This document shows, in pieces, positions 11,259 through 24,483 of a stretch of DNA of 64,000 bases (positions within the stretch are counted from its first letter, which is position 1; the number at the start of each line of letters is the position of its first letter). This stretch comes from Cyanophora paradoxa CCMP329 (Eukaryota; Plantae; Glaucophyta). The position numbers were made by a program, and so were the translations under genes. The notes under the pieces were generated by a model. It made no database searches and was not told where the DNA came from. It was given only the letters and a program-made list of their open reading frames with translations. Location: positions 111,917-175,916 of the forward strand of contig QPMI01000544.1 of the NCBI GenBank assembly GCA_004431415.1. Direction: 5' to 3'.

Positions 11259-14200
11259 ATGGTGCGTCATAATCAGGCAGCTGCAGCCAGCGTTGCAGTA
11301 CTCGATTTCTGACTTCTAGCCGCGCGCGTGCGCCTCGTATACCTAGACCTAGCAGTGGATCGCGATCGTCACCGGAGCTCGTGGATCGAGTTTGAGGAGA
11401 TCGTGGACGAGCTGCCCTTCATGTGCTCAGCGGCCGCAGCTGCAGCCGCAGACCTCGGATCCGGATCGGCACCCGAATTTCGCCTGCGGTTCTTGCTGAG
11501 GAGGCGGGCGGCCGCGGACCCGGTCGCCGCGCTCCCTGTGGACGGCTTGCTGTCCTCATCATGCGAGCCTCCACTACTAAGGATCGAGGCGCGCGCCGGA
11601 TCGCCAGCAGCAGCAGCCGTGGTCGCATGGCGCCCTAGAGCGCTGTTAGCCCCTTGCCCTGACGCACCCCCCCTTCGTGTGGAGAAACCTGCGTCTTCCT
11701 CTGCCTCGGGCTCCGCAAGCGAGACTCTGCAGTTTGAAATCCCCGCATCATCTGTCTCCCTTGAGGTGCACGTGCCCGTATGCACCACCCGAAGTCAAAT
11801 ATAAATGCAGCTCCGAGGCTCAGTGGATAATTTCATAATTATATATATTTATTATATAAATCATTCTATCGCTGCGGCTAATTATAATATATATAACGCC
11901 AAGGATCCCTCGTATATATATATATACATATGCTCTGTCTGATCTTCGAATTCCATGCGGCTTCGCACATCACATTTTATCTTCCTCAGGATCTCTTCGA
12001 TCACGTGCTCATTGAATACACGGAAATTGTTCCAATGCCGGCGCCATCTAGGCCTATGCTTTCCTCCAGTTCAAGCCCGAAGAGTCCCTCGCGGACCCTC
12101 TCTGAATCGACATCCGGCTCCGATGCAGGTTTGCATTCCCTCCTCCCCATCCCCCTTCCCCCCCCCCTCCCTCCCCCCCCCCCCCCCCCCCCCCCCCCCC
12201 CGCCTGCGGCCACGAACCACTTTCGACACAAATGCAGGTACCATGGCCAGTGCCTCGCAGACCCCTACGCCCAGCTGCAGTCCTACCCCCCGCGCCCTCT
12301 ACAAGCCGGAAAGAGTCATTGTCGACAGGGGTTGGTCGGTCAGGCAGATCACATCGCTCGTTCTCTCGCCGGATGACCGCTTCGTGTACGCGGCTTCAGT
12401 CGCCTATGCATCGTTTAAATTATCTGGATGGTATTTCGACAGTGTTCGTATGTACACGTATGGCAAGACCAGGGTTCAGTCCCGCAAAGAAATCGAGGAC
12501 GGCACGCTTGGATACGACGGGTGGACTATGACCTTCAGTACTTACTTTAGTTATCTGGCCTGTGGAATACAGCTCTGGACTACCGGAGACAATGCGTATA
12601 CTTATCGTTATTTTCAGGACAATGCGGATGATGCGAATTATTTGCGGGGTCTAGATTTCGATACAAACCCAGCGACCGCTGTCTCTGTCGATCCCAGCGG
12701 AGAGACCGTGTCGATTGGAACGCGTGATGGCGCAATTATGTGCGCTTTTTCAAACATGGCTTTTCGGATTCCTTCGCGCCTCCATAGCTATATATAGCTC
12801 TATATATAATTATAGCTAGCTATATAGATCTATACATATATCCTATATATATGGCCTCTATAGCGACTCATCGAATTGCGCTTTTTCCCATTTAATTATA
12901 ATGCTCCACACACGCAGCCATCTTATAGCAAGACCGGAGAATTTCGTCTCGGATGGTTCGCTATTCGCGTCAGTAAAGGGCGCTCTGTGCTGCCATGCAG
13001 GATCAATCAATCATGTCGCTTATTCTAAAAGCGGCTCGCTTCTAGCGAGCGCTGGTATGCATGCATCCCTCTCTTTTATATAATTAATATTATATATACC
13101 GAGCTTAGAAAACGTTCGCGGGTGTTCTAATACTGTCACGCACGCAGGACAGGATGGCTGGGTTCGAGTCTGGCCCAGCGCACCGATCATCAATTATAAT
13201 GGCGTGCTTGCCGTGTACAGGCTCTTTTACAGGCAAAACCCTTCGCCGTTTGGAACACAAATTGCTTCTCTCAACTGCACCTCAAGCACGCCAGCCCTGT
13301 CCGTCATCTTTGCCGGGCCAGCCGATTCGCTTCTTATAGCAGCTTTCGGAGACGGCGCCATACGCGTTTGGGATACATCAGACTACTCGCCACTGCGCAC
13401 TCTGTGCTGCCACAACGGCACTGCAAACGGCATCGCAGCTTCAGCCAACGGGTCGCTTCTTCTCTCTGTCGGGAGCGACGCTACTCTCCGCCTGTGGGAT
13501 CTCACGACTGGTGACCTGCTTCGCAACCTGTCAGATCCAAAAGGCATCTCGCTTCACAGTGTCGTTATGACGCCCGATGAAAGGCGGGCGGTTACGGGCG
13601 GAAAGGGCACAGATGTGCTCTTTTGGGATATCGACACAGGCCGTCACATAGCATCATTTGTAACAAATGTGGGAGACAACTTCGGTCTCGCGATATCGCG
13701 GGATGGATCGCGACTCTACACGGGCAGCAATTCTATCCACGTCTGGTACGTATACTTTCTGTTTTAAAATATTGCACAATCTTGGCTTAAGCTTAAACTC
13801 AACTTGCTCGCTTGTGTCGACAGGAATATCCTCGATCTCTACGGATCCGATCCGATGCCTGTGCAGCCGTACTGGCCCGCGTCACTCGCCCTCCAGAGAG
13901 CACCTCTCCACTTGTCATGGCCCGTGAACTCGTTGGTATTGTCGCCCGATGAGCGTACAGTCGTTGTGGGCGGGGCCGTCGAGAGTGGCCCTGAGGGTCG
14001 CAGCGGCAGCGGGTACGACTCCTTCCACAGCCTGCTCAGCTGGTGGGATTTGCAATCCAATGAAAGCGGATCGTTTCCGGGCGAGTGGATTGGGCGCTGG
14101 CTTGACCAATGGACTTATCATCGCAAACCCATCCTCGTAGACGTGTCAACGGCATCCGACGGAACACTAGGTGTCGTCACGAGCCATAGTAAAGCGTGCG

Positions 14201-17200
14201 TGCGGTCCCTGCATGCGCACGCGCTCATTGTACATAAAAATTTGACAGGTTTGTCGTTCAGATTTTTCAACATCACAAGCAGAACTCTCTTGGCCTTTAC
14301 CGACAAAATCCTTGCATTCACTGGCTACGACTCGCGGTAAGCCTGCTCAAATATAAATTGTAAAGAATCAATATCGATGTACAACGTCATTAAAATATTT
14401 TTTTCTATGTATGATCGCAGAGGATCCGTACGTACTGCACCTGGGCCGCTAGCGCTTTATTATCTGCACATTACTCAACCATTGGGTCAGTGTCTGGTTC
14501 TGTGGTCATGATCACGATCATTAATATTATTCTAAAACATGCACATGATCGAATTCTGAATTTGAATACTTATACGCAGATGACACGTTCCGGACACTTG
14601 TATACTTTTACAGCAATTATTCTTCTCGGTATGAAACGCAAGATTACTTCGAGAATATTCCCACGTGGCAACCCTATGGTCACGGGTTCGCCTCGTGCAT
14701 TGCAACAACCGAGGAGGGGGATGTAGTTCTAGGGTTTCCTGATGGCCGAATTCGACGTCTCCGCCGCGACAATCTCGCTCTCACAGAGTACGAGATCAAC
14801 GCTCACACGGACAGCGTGAGCGCAATCGCGATCAGTGCAAGAAAGACACGGCTGTTTTCGGTTGCCGGTCTGAGTTCAATTATAAGCTCCCCGCTCTCTG
14901 GAGACGACAGCTCTCTTCGGGTCTGGGACTTCAACACGGGAAGCTTGTTGCGAACGATGCTGGATCCCGACGGCAGCCCGATGCATAGCGTCGCGGTCAC
15001 GGAGGACGGCAGCTTGGCTGTGACTTCCAGCCGTGGAGGGAAGGTTCACCTCTGGGACGTCGAGATGGGACGGCTGGCTGCAACCATCACGCACCCGCCT
15101 GGATACAAGATCGACCGCGGGCTCGCGATTGCGCGGAACGGCTCATTCATCGTAACGGCAGGAGGATCCAGAGCCGCTTTCGATGTTCGTGTGTGGACTG
15201 TGCCGCCCTCCTTCCTTGAGATGGCTCGGCCTTCACCATCGCCCACCCCAAGCCCTTCGCCCACCCCAAGCTCGTCTCCTAGCCCGAGCCCGAGCCCGTC
15301 GCCCAGCGCTAGCCCATCGCCCAGCTGCAGCCCTAGCCCTTCGCCCAGTCCAAGCTTAAGCCCGAGCCCCACGCCTAGCCCGAGCTTGAGCCCGACTCCC
15401 AGCTCGAGCCCGTCACCCACCCCCAGCGCGTCTCCCAGCGCCAGCCCATCGCCCAGCGCTAGCCCATCGCCCAGCCCCAGCCCGTCACGATCGCCCAGTC
15501 CAAGCCCATCGCCCAGCCCGAGCGCAAGCCCCCTGCCCACACCATCTTTGGTTATTCCCGTTGAAGGTTCGGTCCCGCTCTGCTGATCATCCTTGTTGCT
15601 AAACACGGCCGCGCGGCCTTCGCAGAGTGCACGACCACAAGTATCTCTTTCATCGCCCGGCTGGTGTCACTCTCCGCAGCAGACATCATATGGAGCTCGG
15701 GGTACCGCTCTTCGGGTCCAGTAAACTGTTCAGCGTATTGCTTCAAAGTGTATGCGTCATCTTCTTCCTCTTCAGACGTCGAGTCCGCTGTTTGGACTTC
15801 CGCGCCGCTCGCGTCGGATGCATATGCATATGGAGGCGCAATCGCAGTGGACGTTTTGCAGTCGAAGTTGAGCACGGGCGTCCTGCACGCCATTCGAGTG
15901 TCCGCTGTCGGCGCGGGCGGCTCTTCTGTGCACAGCTCGCAGCAGTCGGCAGCGTCCCCCCTGCAATTCCCTCGTGAGCCCCGGAGCGTCTCTGAAGCTT
16001 CGAATTCTCTGAGAGCCGGTTCACAATTTTTGACGCAAATAGTTTTGCCGGCGCAGAGACAGCGGCGTACCTGGTTCGAGCGGCTTCAGCCGGATCCAGT
16101 TGGATCCTGTTCGAGTGGGGTTCGTGACCGCAGCTTTGCAGCGTTTTGTGCAACTCTGAATAGTATTTCTGCAGACTCGTTCACATTCTCGCCAAGTTCT
16201 TTCAACGGGTCCCAAGGCCAGGAGGGGTCTGAGCCGCTGGTGTTCGGCCGTGGATGGGCGGTTCCGCAGTTCGCAATGTCGCTTCGTGCACTCGACGGGA
16301 AGCAATGGTCTTGGAAAGAAATTTCCGCTAGTCGGTGGAACGCCACCGGGCTGCTGTCAGACATGTGGTTTGGCGTCAGTGTGTCACAGAGCTGGATCGG
16401 GTTGAAAGACGCTTTCTCACTTGATCGTATAGTCGTGCGGACGTCAACGCAGGGCGGAGCAACCTCCGGGATCGTCGACTTGCCCCTCTGGTTCATCTTA
16501 TCCGAGAGTGAGCTGAGGGAATACACCTCGACACTAGCGCCGTCATCAGCAGCGCTCTCCATGACTATCACGGTGGACCTGCCGTGCACAAGTCTCACAG
16601 GGACGCTCATCAAGGCGGTCACAACGAGCCTCACGCAGGTGCCGTCCGTCTTACACGTGATTTAAGACTTGCTTTAAGACTCACGGGTGCAACAGTTGGT
16701 GCAAGGTGCTAAAGCACAGATCCGCCTCGCAAAGACCCGCTGTGCAGCCAGCTCCAACGTAACAGCACCGTCCGCATCTATAACTAGTCGCGAATCTAGA
16801 TCTAGAGGCCTCCTTCAGCAAGGATTCGATGTCGTCTTGGTGGACTTCGTTGTGGTGTATGCATCGGGGCAAGGCCTCACCGAGGACGATGCTAGAAACA
16901 TCGTCCAGTTGCTGGGGAGGGACGCAATCATCAAGGCCTTGAAACAGGCAGGCGTCGGCGTCCTTGACTACAGTGTGTCGACAAATACGAAGTCAAAGAC
17001 AGTCGCACCAGTGTCCAGCGGAGGTCAGGCGCCGCAGCCCACTACTTCGCAGTCAAGCGTCGGGCTGTATGTGGGCATCGGCGGGGCTGTGGCTTGCGTG
17101 GCAGTCGTTGTCATCGTGGCCGTGCTCGTATATCGGCGGCGGCGCACTCGGTCTCTCAGACGCAGGCAGAGGAGGGAGAAGGAAACGTCGTCATCAGCTG

Positions 17201-17601
17201 GGAGTTCGCCTGAAGCTTTGGACGGACAACTCCGAGGCGAAGAAGAAGAGCAGGTCGGGCCGACAGTCCCAGCTGCCGGACGCGCCCTGAAGTCGGCCTC
17301 GATGTCTATGTCGATATCGGCTCCCGGCATTGATGGTAACTTCACAGGCTCTACCTCGATGGGACGCGCGTTCAAGTCGAGTTCTGCTTCGATGACAGCA
17401 GCTCCGGATTCTGCCAGCGGCCCGCCGTTCCTGCAAGACCCTCGCCTGCCCGGCGGGCTTCTCTCCGGCAGTCCAATTCCACAGACACGTCGGACGCCCC
17501 CGCTGCTCGTCACCGGCTGCGACGACGAGCCCCAGGGACCTGAGGGCATCCGCGTCTCAGTCTGCTCGACGCCGGTCTTCGACGCTCGCAAGAATGTGTG
17601 A
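11259..17601 (+). CDS. Multi-exon WD40-repeat / (Ser-Pro)n stalk / single-pass membrane protein; possibly a pseudogene
   Basis: WD40 signatures ([35 protein letters not shown]); SP repeat ~15230-15545; [25 protein letters not shown] followed by RRRR (~17065-17145). Exons join in phase (LE|DLF; DA|GTM). An in-frame TGA at 11310 interrupts the signal-like N-terminus. Confidence 0.75.
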
Positions 17602-17849
17602 TATGATCAGCATGGGCGAAGCCGACATGCTCGCCCGCGGTTTCGGAATGAATGATGATTATTCGTCAATGCTTTTTCTTTCAACATGCTGTAATTCGTT
17701 CGCTGTAGTTGTAGTCGCTTTAATGAGTTTCGAAAATTCTCTTGCAAATGTCTGGATCTAGAAATCCAGCCCTCGGTCTGGTTCTGATCAGATATAGTCC
17801 TAGGGTCAGTCTATAGGTTTTTTTTTATAGGGTCAGTCTTCGTTATCGA

Positions 17850-18645
17850 TGTGTCATTCGCCGTCGTTTGCAGTTCGGCTGCCCGCCTCCGCCTGCTTTT
17901 GCAATCCCTTTGACTGTCCTTTTTGCCTGCTCTTGATCCGCCTGATCCGCTTTCTGTGCCCCTGCGAAAGGCTATCCGCGGCGTAACGCCCCCCCCCCCC
18001 TCCCCCCCCCCCCCCCCCGCGTCTCAACCGGTTCACAGCTGGCAACCGGTTAAGCCGTCCGTAGGTATTCGCAGCCTCCTCTAGATCTAGCTCTGCTATA
18101 TATTTCGCACCGTCCCCCTTCGAATTCACCTCCGTCCCCTCCGCCGGCGTCTCATCTTCGTCGCGTTGTTACTCTTACTTGTCTGCTTCCTGTACGTGTG
18201 ATTTGTCTTTCTCACTTCTGTCCTCCTCCGTTGGTTTCGTCAACGCAGCGCATGCTACTAGGCTAGCGATGCGGTTCACTTGGATGTTGGTGTTTGCTCT
18301 AGCTCTTTTTCGTGCCTGTCGCACTCTATAGCTATATCTGCTAGCACTCGGTCTCGGTCTTTCTCGCGATCGCATGTCGTCTCTTATATAATTATAGATC
18401 TGACTCTGTGTCTCTAGAATTCTTCTTTTATTGCCAAATTCTTGGTCTTTTGTCTCGAGCTCTCGAGCTGTCAGTTAAGTTTTGTCGTCTCTTCTGCAGC
18501 TGGGTCCGTGTCCCTCTTCTTTTGTTGTCGGTTTTGGCTCTTCGATTTGTCTCGTCGTTCTTTGTGCTTTTGTCCGACGGTCCTAGCTTTAGTTGGTTTT
18601 TGCCAAGTGCTGGGCAGCCCCCGCAGTGCTGGTGTCTATAGCTTG
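17850..18645 (+). mobile_element. Degenerate copy of the pyrimidine-rich retroelement 3' region
   Basis: Shares TTCGCCGTCGTTTGCAGTTCG, CCTTTGACTGTCCTTTT..GCCTGCTCTTGATCCGCCTG and CTGGGCAGCCCCCGCAGTGCTGGTGTCTA with 48160-48650. Confidence 0.7.
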
Positions 18646-18794
18646 AGACTAGCTTTAGTTCGCGAAATTTGGCAGTTCGGCTAGTTCACGAATTCGATTG
18701 AGAGTCCGTGATTATGACAGCCATGAATTCGAATTCGGCCAGTTAACGTTCACGAGATTAGAGAGGAGGGATATAGGCTGCGGCGGCCCGATCG

Positions 18795-18873
18795 CGAGCG
18801 TCAGACGGTCCTCCCGTCGAGCGTCAGACGGTCCTCCCGCCCGAGCGTCAGACGGTCCTCCCGTCGACGGTCC
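18795..18873 (+). repeat. 3 x 23-24 bp tandem repeat CGAGCGTCAGACGGTCCTCCCG
   Basis: Copies at 18795, 18818 and 18842. The inverted motif GGACCGTC recurs at ~20317-20332 and ~21584. Confidence 0.85.
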
Positions 18874-19027
18874 TTTTGAAGGCCCCCGTTGGATTGCAAT
18901 TGTCGACGTACGCGTCTAGATCCCGGCCCAGAGTCTGTCACACTGTTGATCTGAGCCGGCATTGAGTGAGGCGAGTCAGATTAAATCATTACGCCGGCCC
19001 CGCTTCGCGTACGTTATTCTATCTAGA

Positions 19028-20160
<1,133 letters not shown>

Positions 20161-20450
20161 AGCTAGCAGTCCGATTTCTCTTTCGTTTATTTGTAATGGC
20201 GATGATTTGGTGATTTGATTCTGATTAGTAAAGTACCCAGGCGTGGCGCGGCCCGGAGGCCTGAGGGGCCAGTGAGGGCCTGAGGGTCAGGCTGAGGCAC
20301 GGCGGCCCGTCGGAGGGGACCGTCGGACCGTCGACGTCGGACCTCGTGCTCGAGATCGCGGGATGGTACGGTACGGTCGGTACCCGGTTGGTACCGCGCG
20401 CGAGGCCGGCTACGCTGACTCGTCGCTGAGCGCGGCGTGCACGTGACGTA

Positions 20451-21190
20451 CACTGGTGCCTAAGAAAGTGTGTTTCCCGCGGGAAACATTCACATGTTTC
20501 CCTATAGGTATGGCACCGGGGCGGCCGACCCCAATGGGGACCATCAGGTGGGAAACATCAGGTGGGAAACATCGCTCACTTTAACACTTGGCTTGACCCC
20601 CCCCCCTTACCCGGTTCTGCACTCCCGGCGAGCGCCAGTGACGTAGTTGGCCAAGCCATGCAACTCGCCCGCGTTTCCCACCTGGTGTTTCCCGGCCAGC
20701 ACGTAACAGCGATCGCTCTCCGGCGTGAGCCGCGGGTCTCCAATTTGCTTTATTGATCACATCAAAGCACATCTGCAGCAGAATGGCGCGCCAGCGATGC
20801 GTTCCGGGCTCAGCCCGACATTTGATCGGTGGACCACGCCGACCCCAAAGCACATGTTTTAACCACCTAGAACGTCTCCAAATGAGCTGTAAGCAACTTT
20901 GAACCGCACGCTTTGGTAGCGCGCGCTCGTTTTCTTGACGAACCCGGGCACAGCAGCACATGGCCAACCGGGTCAATCTGGCCATCGGCTCTTTGCAGCG
21001 CCGTCATCAGCTATGTAGCTAAGGTCTGCGTACGCAGTGGCACAGCGCTGCGCCCCCGCGCTGCTGACTCGCCTCACGACCAGGTTGCAGCTCTGTTTCC
21101 CACCTCCCGGGAAACTGGCGCGTGTTTCCCGGCTGGCCGGGAAACACGTGCATGTTTCCCCCGGGAAACAGACTTTCTTAAGCCCCAGTG
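20451..21190. mobile_element. Non-autonomous CACTA/CACTG (EnSpm-type) element, 740 bp
   Basis: 28-bp TIRs CACTGGTGCCTAAGAAAGTGTGTTTCCC / CACTGGGGCTTAAGAAAGTCTGTTTCCC (3 mismatches). 3-bp TSD GTA at 20448-20450 and 21191-21193. Clustered subterminal GGGAAAC/GTTTCCC motifs at both ends. Confidence 0.88.
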
Positions 21191-21985
21191 GTACGCGCGC
21201 GCATACGTAGCCGCGTCACGTGCACGTGCACCGGCCCGCGTGAGGGGCAAGTTGCAACCGTTGAACTTTCGGAACTTGCAGTTGCAACTTGCAAGCTTAG
21301 GTTGCAAGCTTAAGTTGCCGCAGAGCAACCGATAATTAATATAAGTTAATTTATCACCGTTAACCGTTGAACGTTGAACGTTGAACGTTAACGTTACGTG
21401 CATGGCAACTTCCGAGTTCAGTCCTCAAGGCTTGCACAAATTAATATTGCGGCAACTTGCAAGTTAATTAATTGTACTTTGCAAGTTCGAAAATTCCCCG
21501 CCCTTAACGTTTTATTAATTAATTTCCGCTTCGAGTTCATGTTCGAGCGGCATGACGCCGCCGTCACGCCGGTGACGGACGACGGACCGTCACGGACGTC
21601 GACCTCCGGCGACCAGCTCTGCTGCCTCTGCAGTGCAGCCTGCATGCGCAGCTGCTGCTTCTAGATCTGTAATCGGCCATCGTGGCACACCGAGCTGTGG
21701 CTGCGCGCTGTGCCGGCCTCGAAAACGAATTCGAAGGGAGGAACGCGGATCGGCACTGATTCGGCAGCCCAAGGAGCGCGCGCGGATCGGCAGCGAATTG
21801 TTTTCGAACTCTCGTGGATCGGATCGGCAGCAGCGGCACATCGGAGCCGGCGTGCGATCTGATGATAGCGCCGGCGGCGCTGCACATTGCGACGTCGTCT
21901 AAACGCGTACGCTCGAAACAACGTCTGAACAGCCCGGGCCGGGGAGCAGCGGCGTTTGCGATAACGTGAACCGCGGCCGGTTTCC

Positions 21986-23255
21986 ATGCATATGGCGGCC
22001 GCCGACGTCGACATTCATGATCAGATGTCGGCGCGGCAGTCCTTGCAATTGGCGGCGCCGGCAGCTCTCGCCACTTTGGAGCCGCCCTCGTGCGGCATCT
22101 GCCTGAGCGCGCTCCTGCCCCCAGTGGAGCCGGTGAGCCTGAGCTGCGGCCACTCCTGGTGCCGGGGGTGCTGCCGTCGCCTCGCCGGCACGCCGGCGAA
22201 CGCGGCGGCCTCGGAGCTCGACGGGCCCCCGCTGCAGCTGTGGGTGCGCGTGCGGTGCCCGGCGTGCCGGCGCTGCAGCGACCTGCCGCGGGACTTGCCC
22301 GTCAACATCATCCTCCGGGACCTCCTCGCTGCCCTCCGTCCGCGCCCCGTCCGACCCACCCGCGCCTTTAATTTCTGCTCACGCCGCGACGTCGACAGAC
22401 GGCGCGTCGGCGCTGCGCATGCGGGCGGGCCCGGGGGGTGAGCGCGGCTGTGAGAAGCGCACGGCGGGGGAGGGGGCGGGGCGGGGAGGGCGGGGGGAGG
22501 CGCTGCGGCGGGAGCTGCACTCGCTGGCGCGGGCGCTGGAGGCGGCCGAGGGGCCCGAGGAGGCAGACTCCGCCCTCGCCGCCCTCGCCGAGTTCTGCGG
22601 TGATCATGAGCGACGGCCGCGGGCCGCGGGCCCGCTCCGGATCCCGCCTGCTTCTGACCTCACGCCCGGGCCCGCCCGCCCGCCCCCAGATGAGGCGCTC
22701 TCCGACCCGCCGCGCTCCGACGCGCTGCGCGCCGCGGCCGGCACGGCGGCGGAGGCGGCGGCGGCGGCGGCGGGGGCGCTGCGGGCGCGCGGGGCCGCGT
22801 CGCCGGCGGCCGCGGCGGACGCATGCGACGCCATCGCCGCCCTTGCCTCCCTCGGTGCCCGCGGCGCCTCCGCGGGCGCTCGGGCGCCGCTGACGCGCCG
22901 CGCAGCGCCGGAGGCGGCGGGGGCGGCGCTGGAGGCGGGGCGGTGCCGGCGGCCGTCGCGGCGCTCCGGGCGCACGCGGCGGACGAGGCGGCCGCCGGCG
23001 CCGCCTGCGCCGCCCTCTCCGCCCTCTGCGCCTCCGGTCTGCCTTGGCACGGGCCCCGCCCCTCTCTCTTTGCCCGTCCCGCCCCGACCGATCGCGACCC
23101 GGGCGCGCAGCGAAGGGGGCGCGGGGGGCGGCGAGGGCGGCGGGGGCCCCCGTGGCCCTGGTGGCGGCCATCCGGGCGCAGCAGGGCCCGGGGCCCGAGA
23201 GCGCCGCCGTCCGCCGCGCCGCCGCGCAGGCCCTCGCGTCCATCCTCGTCGAGGG
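21986..23255 (+). CDS. RING-HC (C3HC4) protein with Ala-rich helical/ARM-like exons; 3' end unresolved, possibly truncated
   Basis: CGIC..PVSLSCGHSWCRGC..CPACR..LPVNIILRDL, followed by GC-rich helical exons. No clear terminal exon found. Confidence 0.65.
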
Positions 23256-24483
23256 TGTCCCGCCCCCGTCCCCGGCCCGGCCGGCCGACCGCCCCGCGAG
23301 CTCGGCTCATGACCACATCCGCGCAGACGTGCGCATGCTTGCGCCCGCGGCTCCGGAGTCGTGAGGCGGCCACTGAGCCAGGCCGGGGCGGCCGGACCGG
23401 ACCAGGCCTCATCTGATTTTTTTTTGGAGAGCCCGCTTCGAGCCTGCCATGGCCAGGCCTCTTTTTTATTTTTTAGTGTTAACGTTGGCGCTGCACCCTA
23501 GATCGCGCTAGAGGCCTAGCTATAGGCTTGCAATTGCGCTTTTCCCTCATAATGATCAGTCACCTTTGAAAACTTATATTTAGTTTAATCCCCGCAAGTT
23601 CTGTGCTCCCTATGAGCAGCCGGGCCTGCGCCTGCAGCTGCTCGCACATCAGCTATATATATCTCGTGCGCGTGGTCGACGTCAGTCCAGTCATTGAAAG
23701 CCCTGAGCAGAGTAATTTATGATGAATCGGCTTCAAGAGAGCCTTCAGTTCATGACATGTACAGTCTCTAGTCTCCGCTTCGCTTTGCAGTTCGCAGTAC
23801 TCGTCGGCAATGCATATGGCAAATTAGTTCGAATTCCGGATCGCTACATTGTTTCAGACTTGGCCGCCGTGCTCTTCCAGGCTGCTCTGCACTTGTATCA
23901 TTTTGGGTTTGATCTCAGAGTCTCCTTCAAGGCTTGCTTGCATAGCCAGTAATCTCCACATTGAGTCCCGGAGTCCATAAACGCGACGGCAAAGTGATCA
24001 TCATCATGGCATCATGCTTCAAGGCTTCGGCCGACCTGTGCGCGCTGAGCTCGCCGCCCAGCTCGGCCGGGCAGCCGACATCGCCAGCTTGCGAGCTTTC
24101 CAGAGGCTCGCAGTCGTCGCCGCGCGCCCGAACGCGTGCATGCGCAGATGCTGCCGGCAGCCTAGAGAAGCACTGCGCGCGCGCCAAATTAATGCGCCAC
24201 AGCCTATATATAGGTGGCTGGCCATGGCGCGCGGCCCGGCGCTTTCGAATTCCGAAGTTCTGGCCGACTTCGCGAAGCTTCTTTCTTTCTGTCAGCCCGC
24301 CGGCGCTTCTGTCTGCGCCCGCTGTGGACTTCACGTGCACGTCCCAATCCCGGGCCGATCATCGAGAATCGCCGGTCATTGAAATTATAGAACGTTGCAC
24401 AAATTACATGGATATGAAAGAACTGTAGTGCCGGCGATCCCGCCGGGCCGCCCGACGCGGCCTGACCTGCTTGTATGGGGCGC

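Noticed and set aside
12159-12201. Poly-C tracts (also ~17989-18018 and ~43703-43725) as functional elements
   Set aside because: Simple homopolymers with unreliable lengths and no further support.
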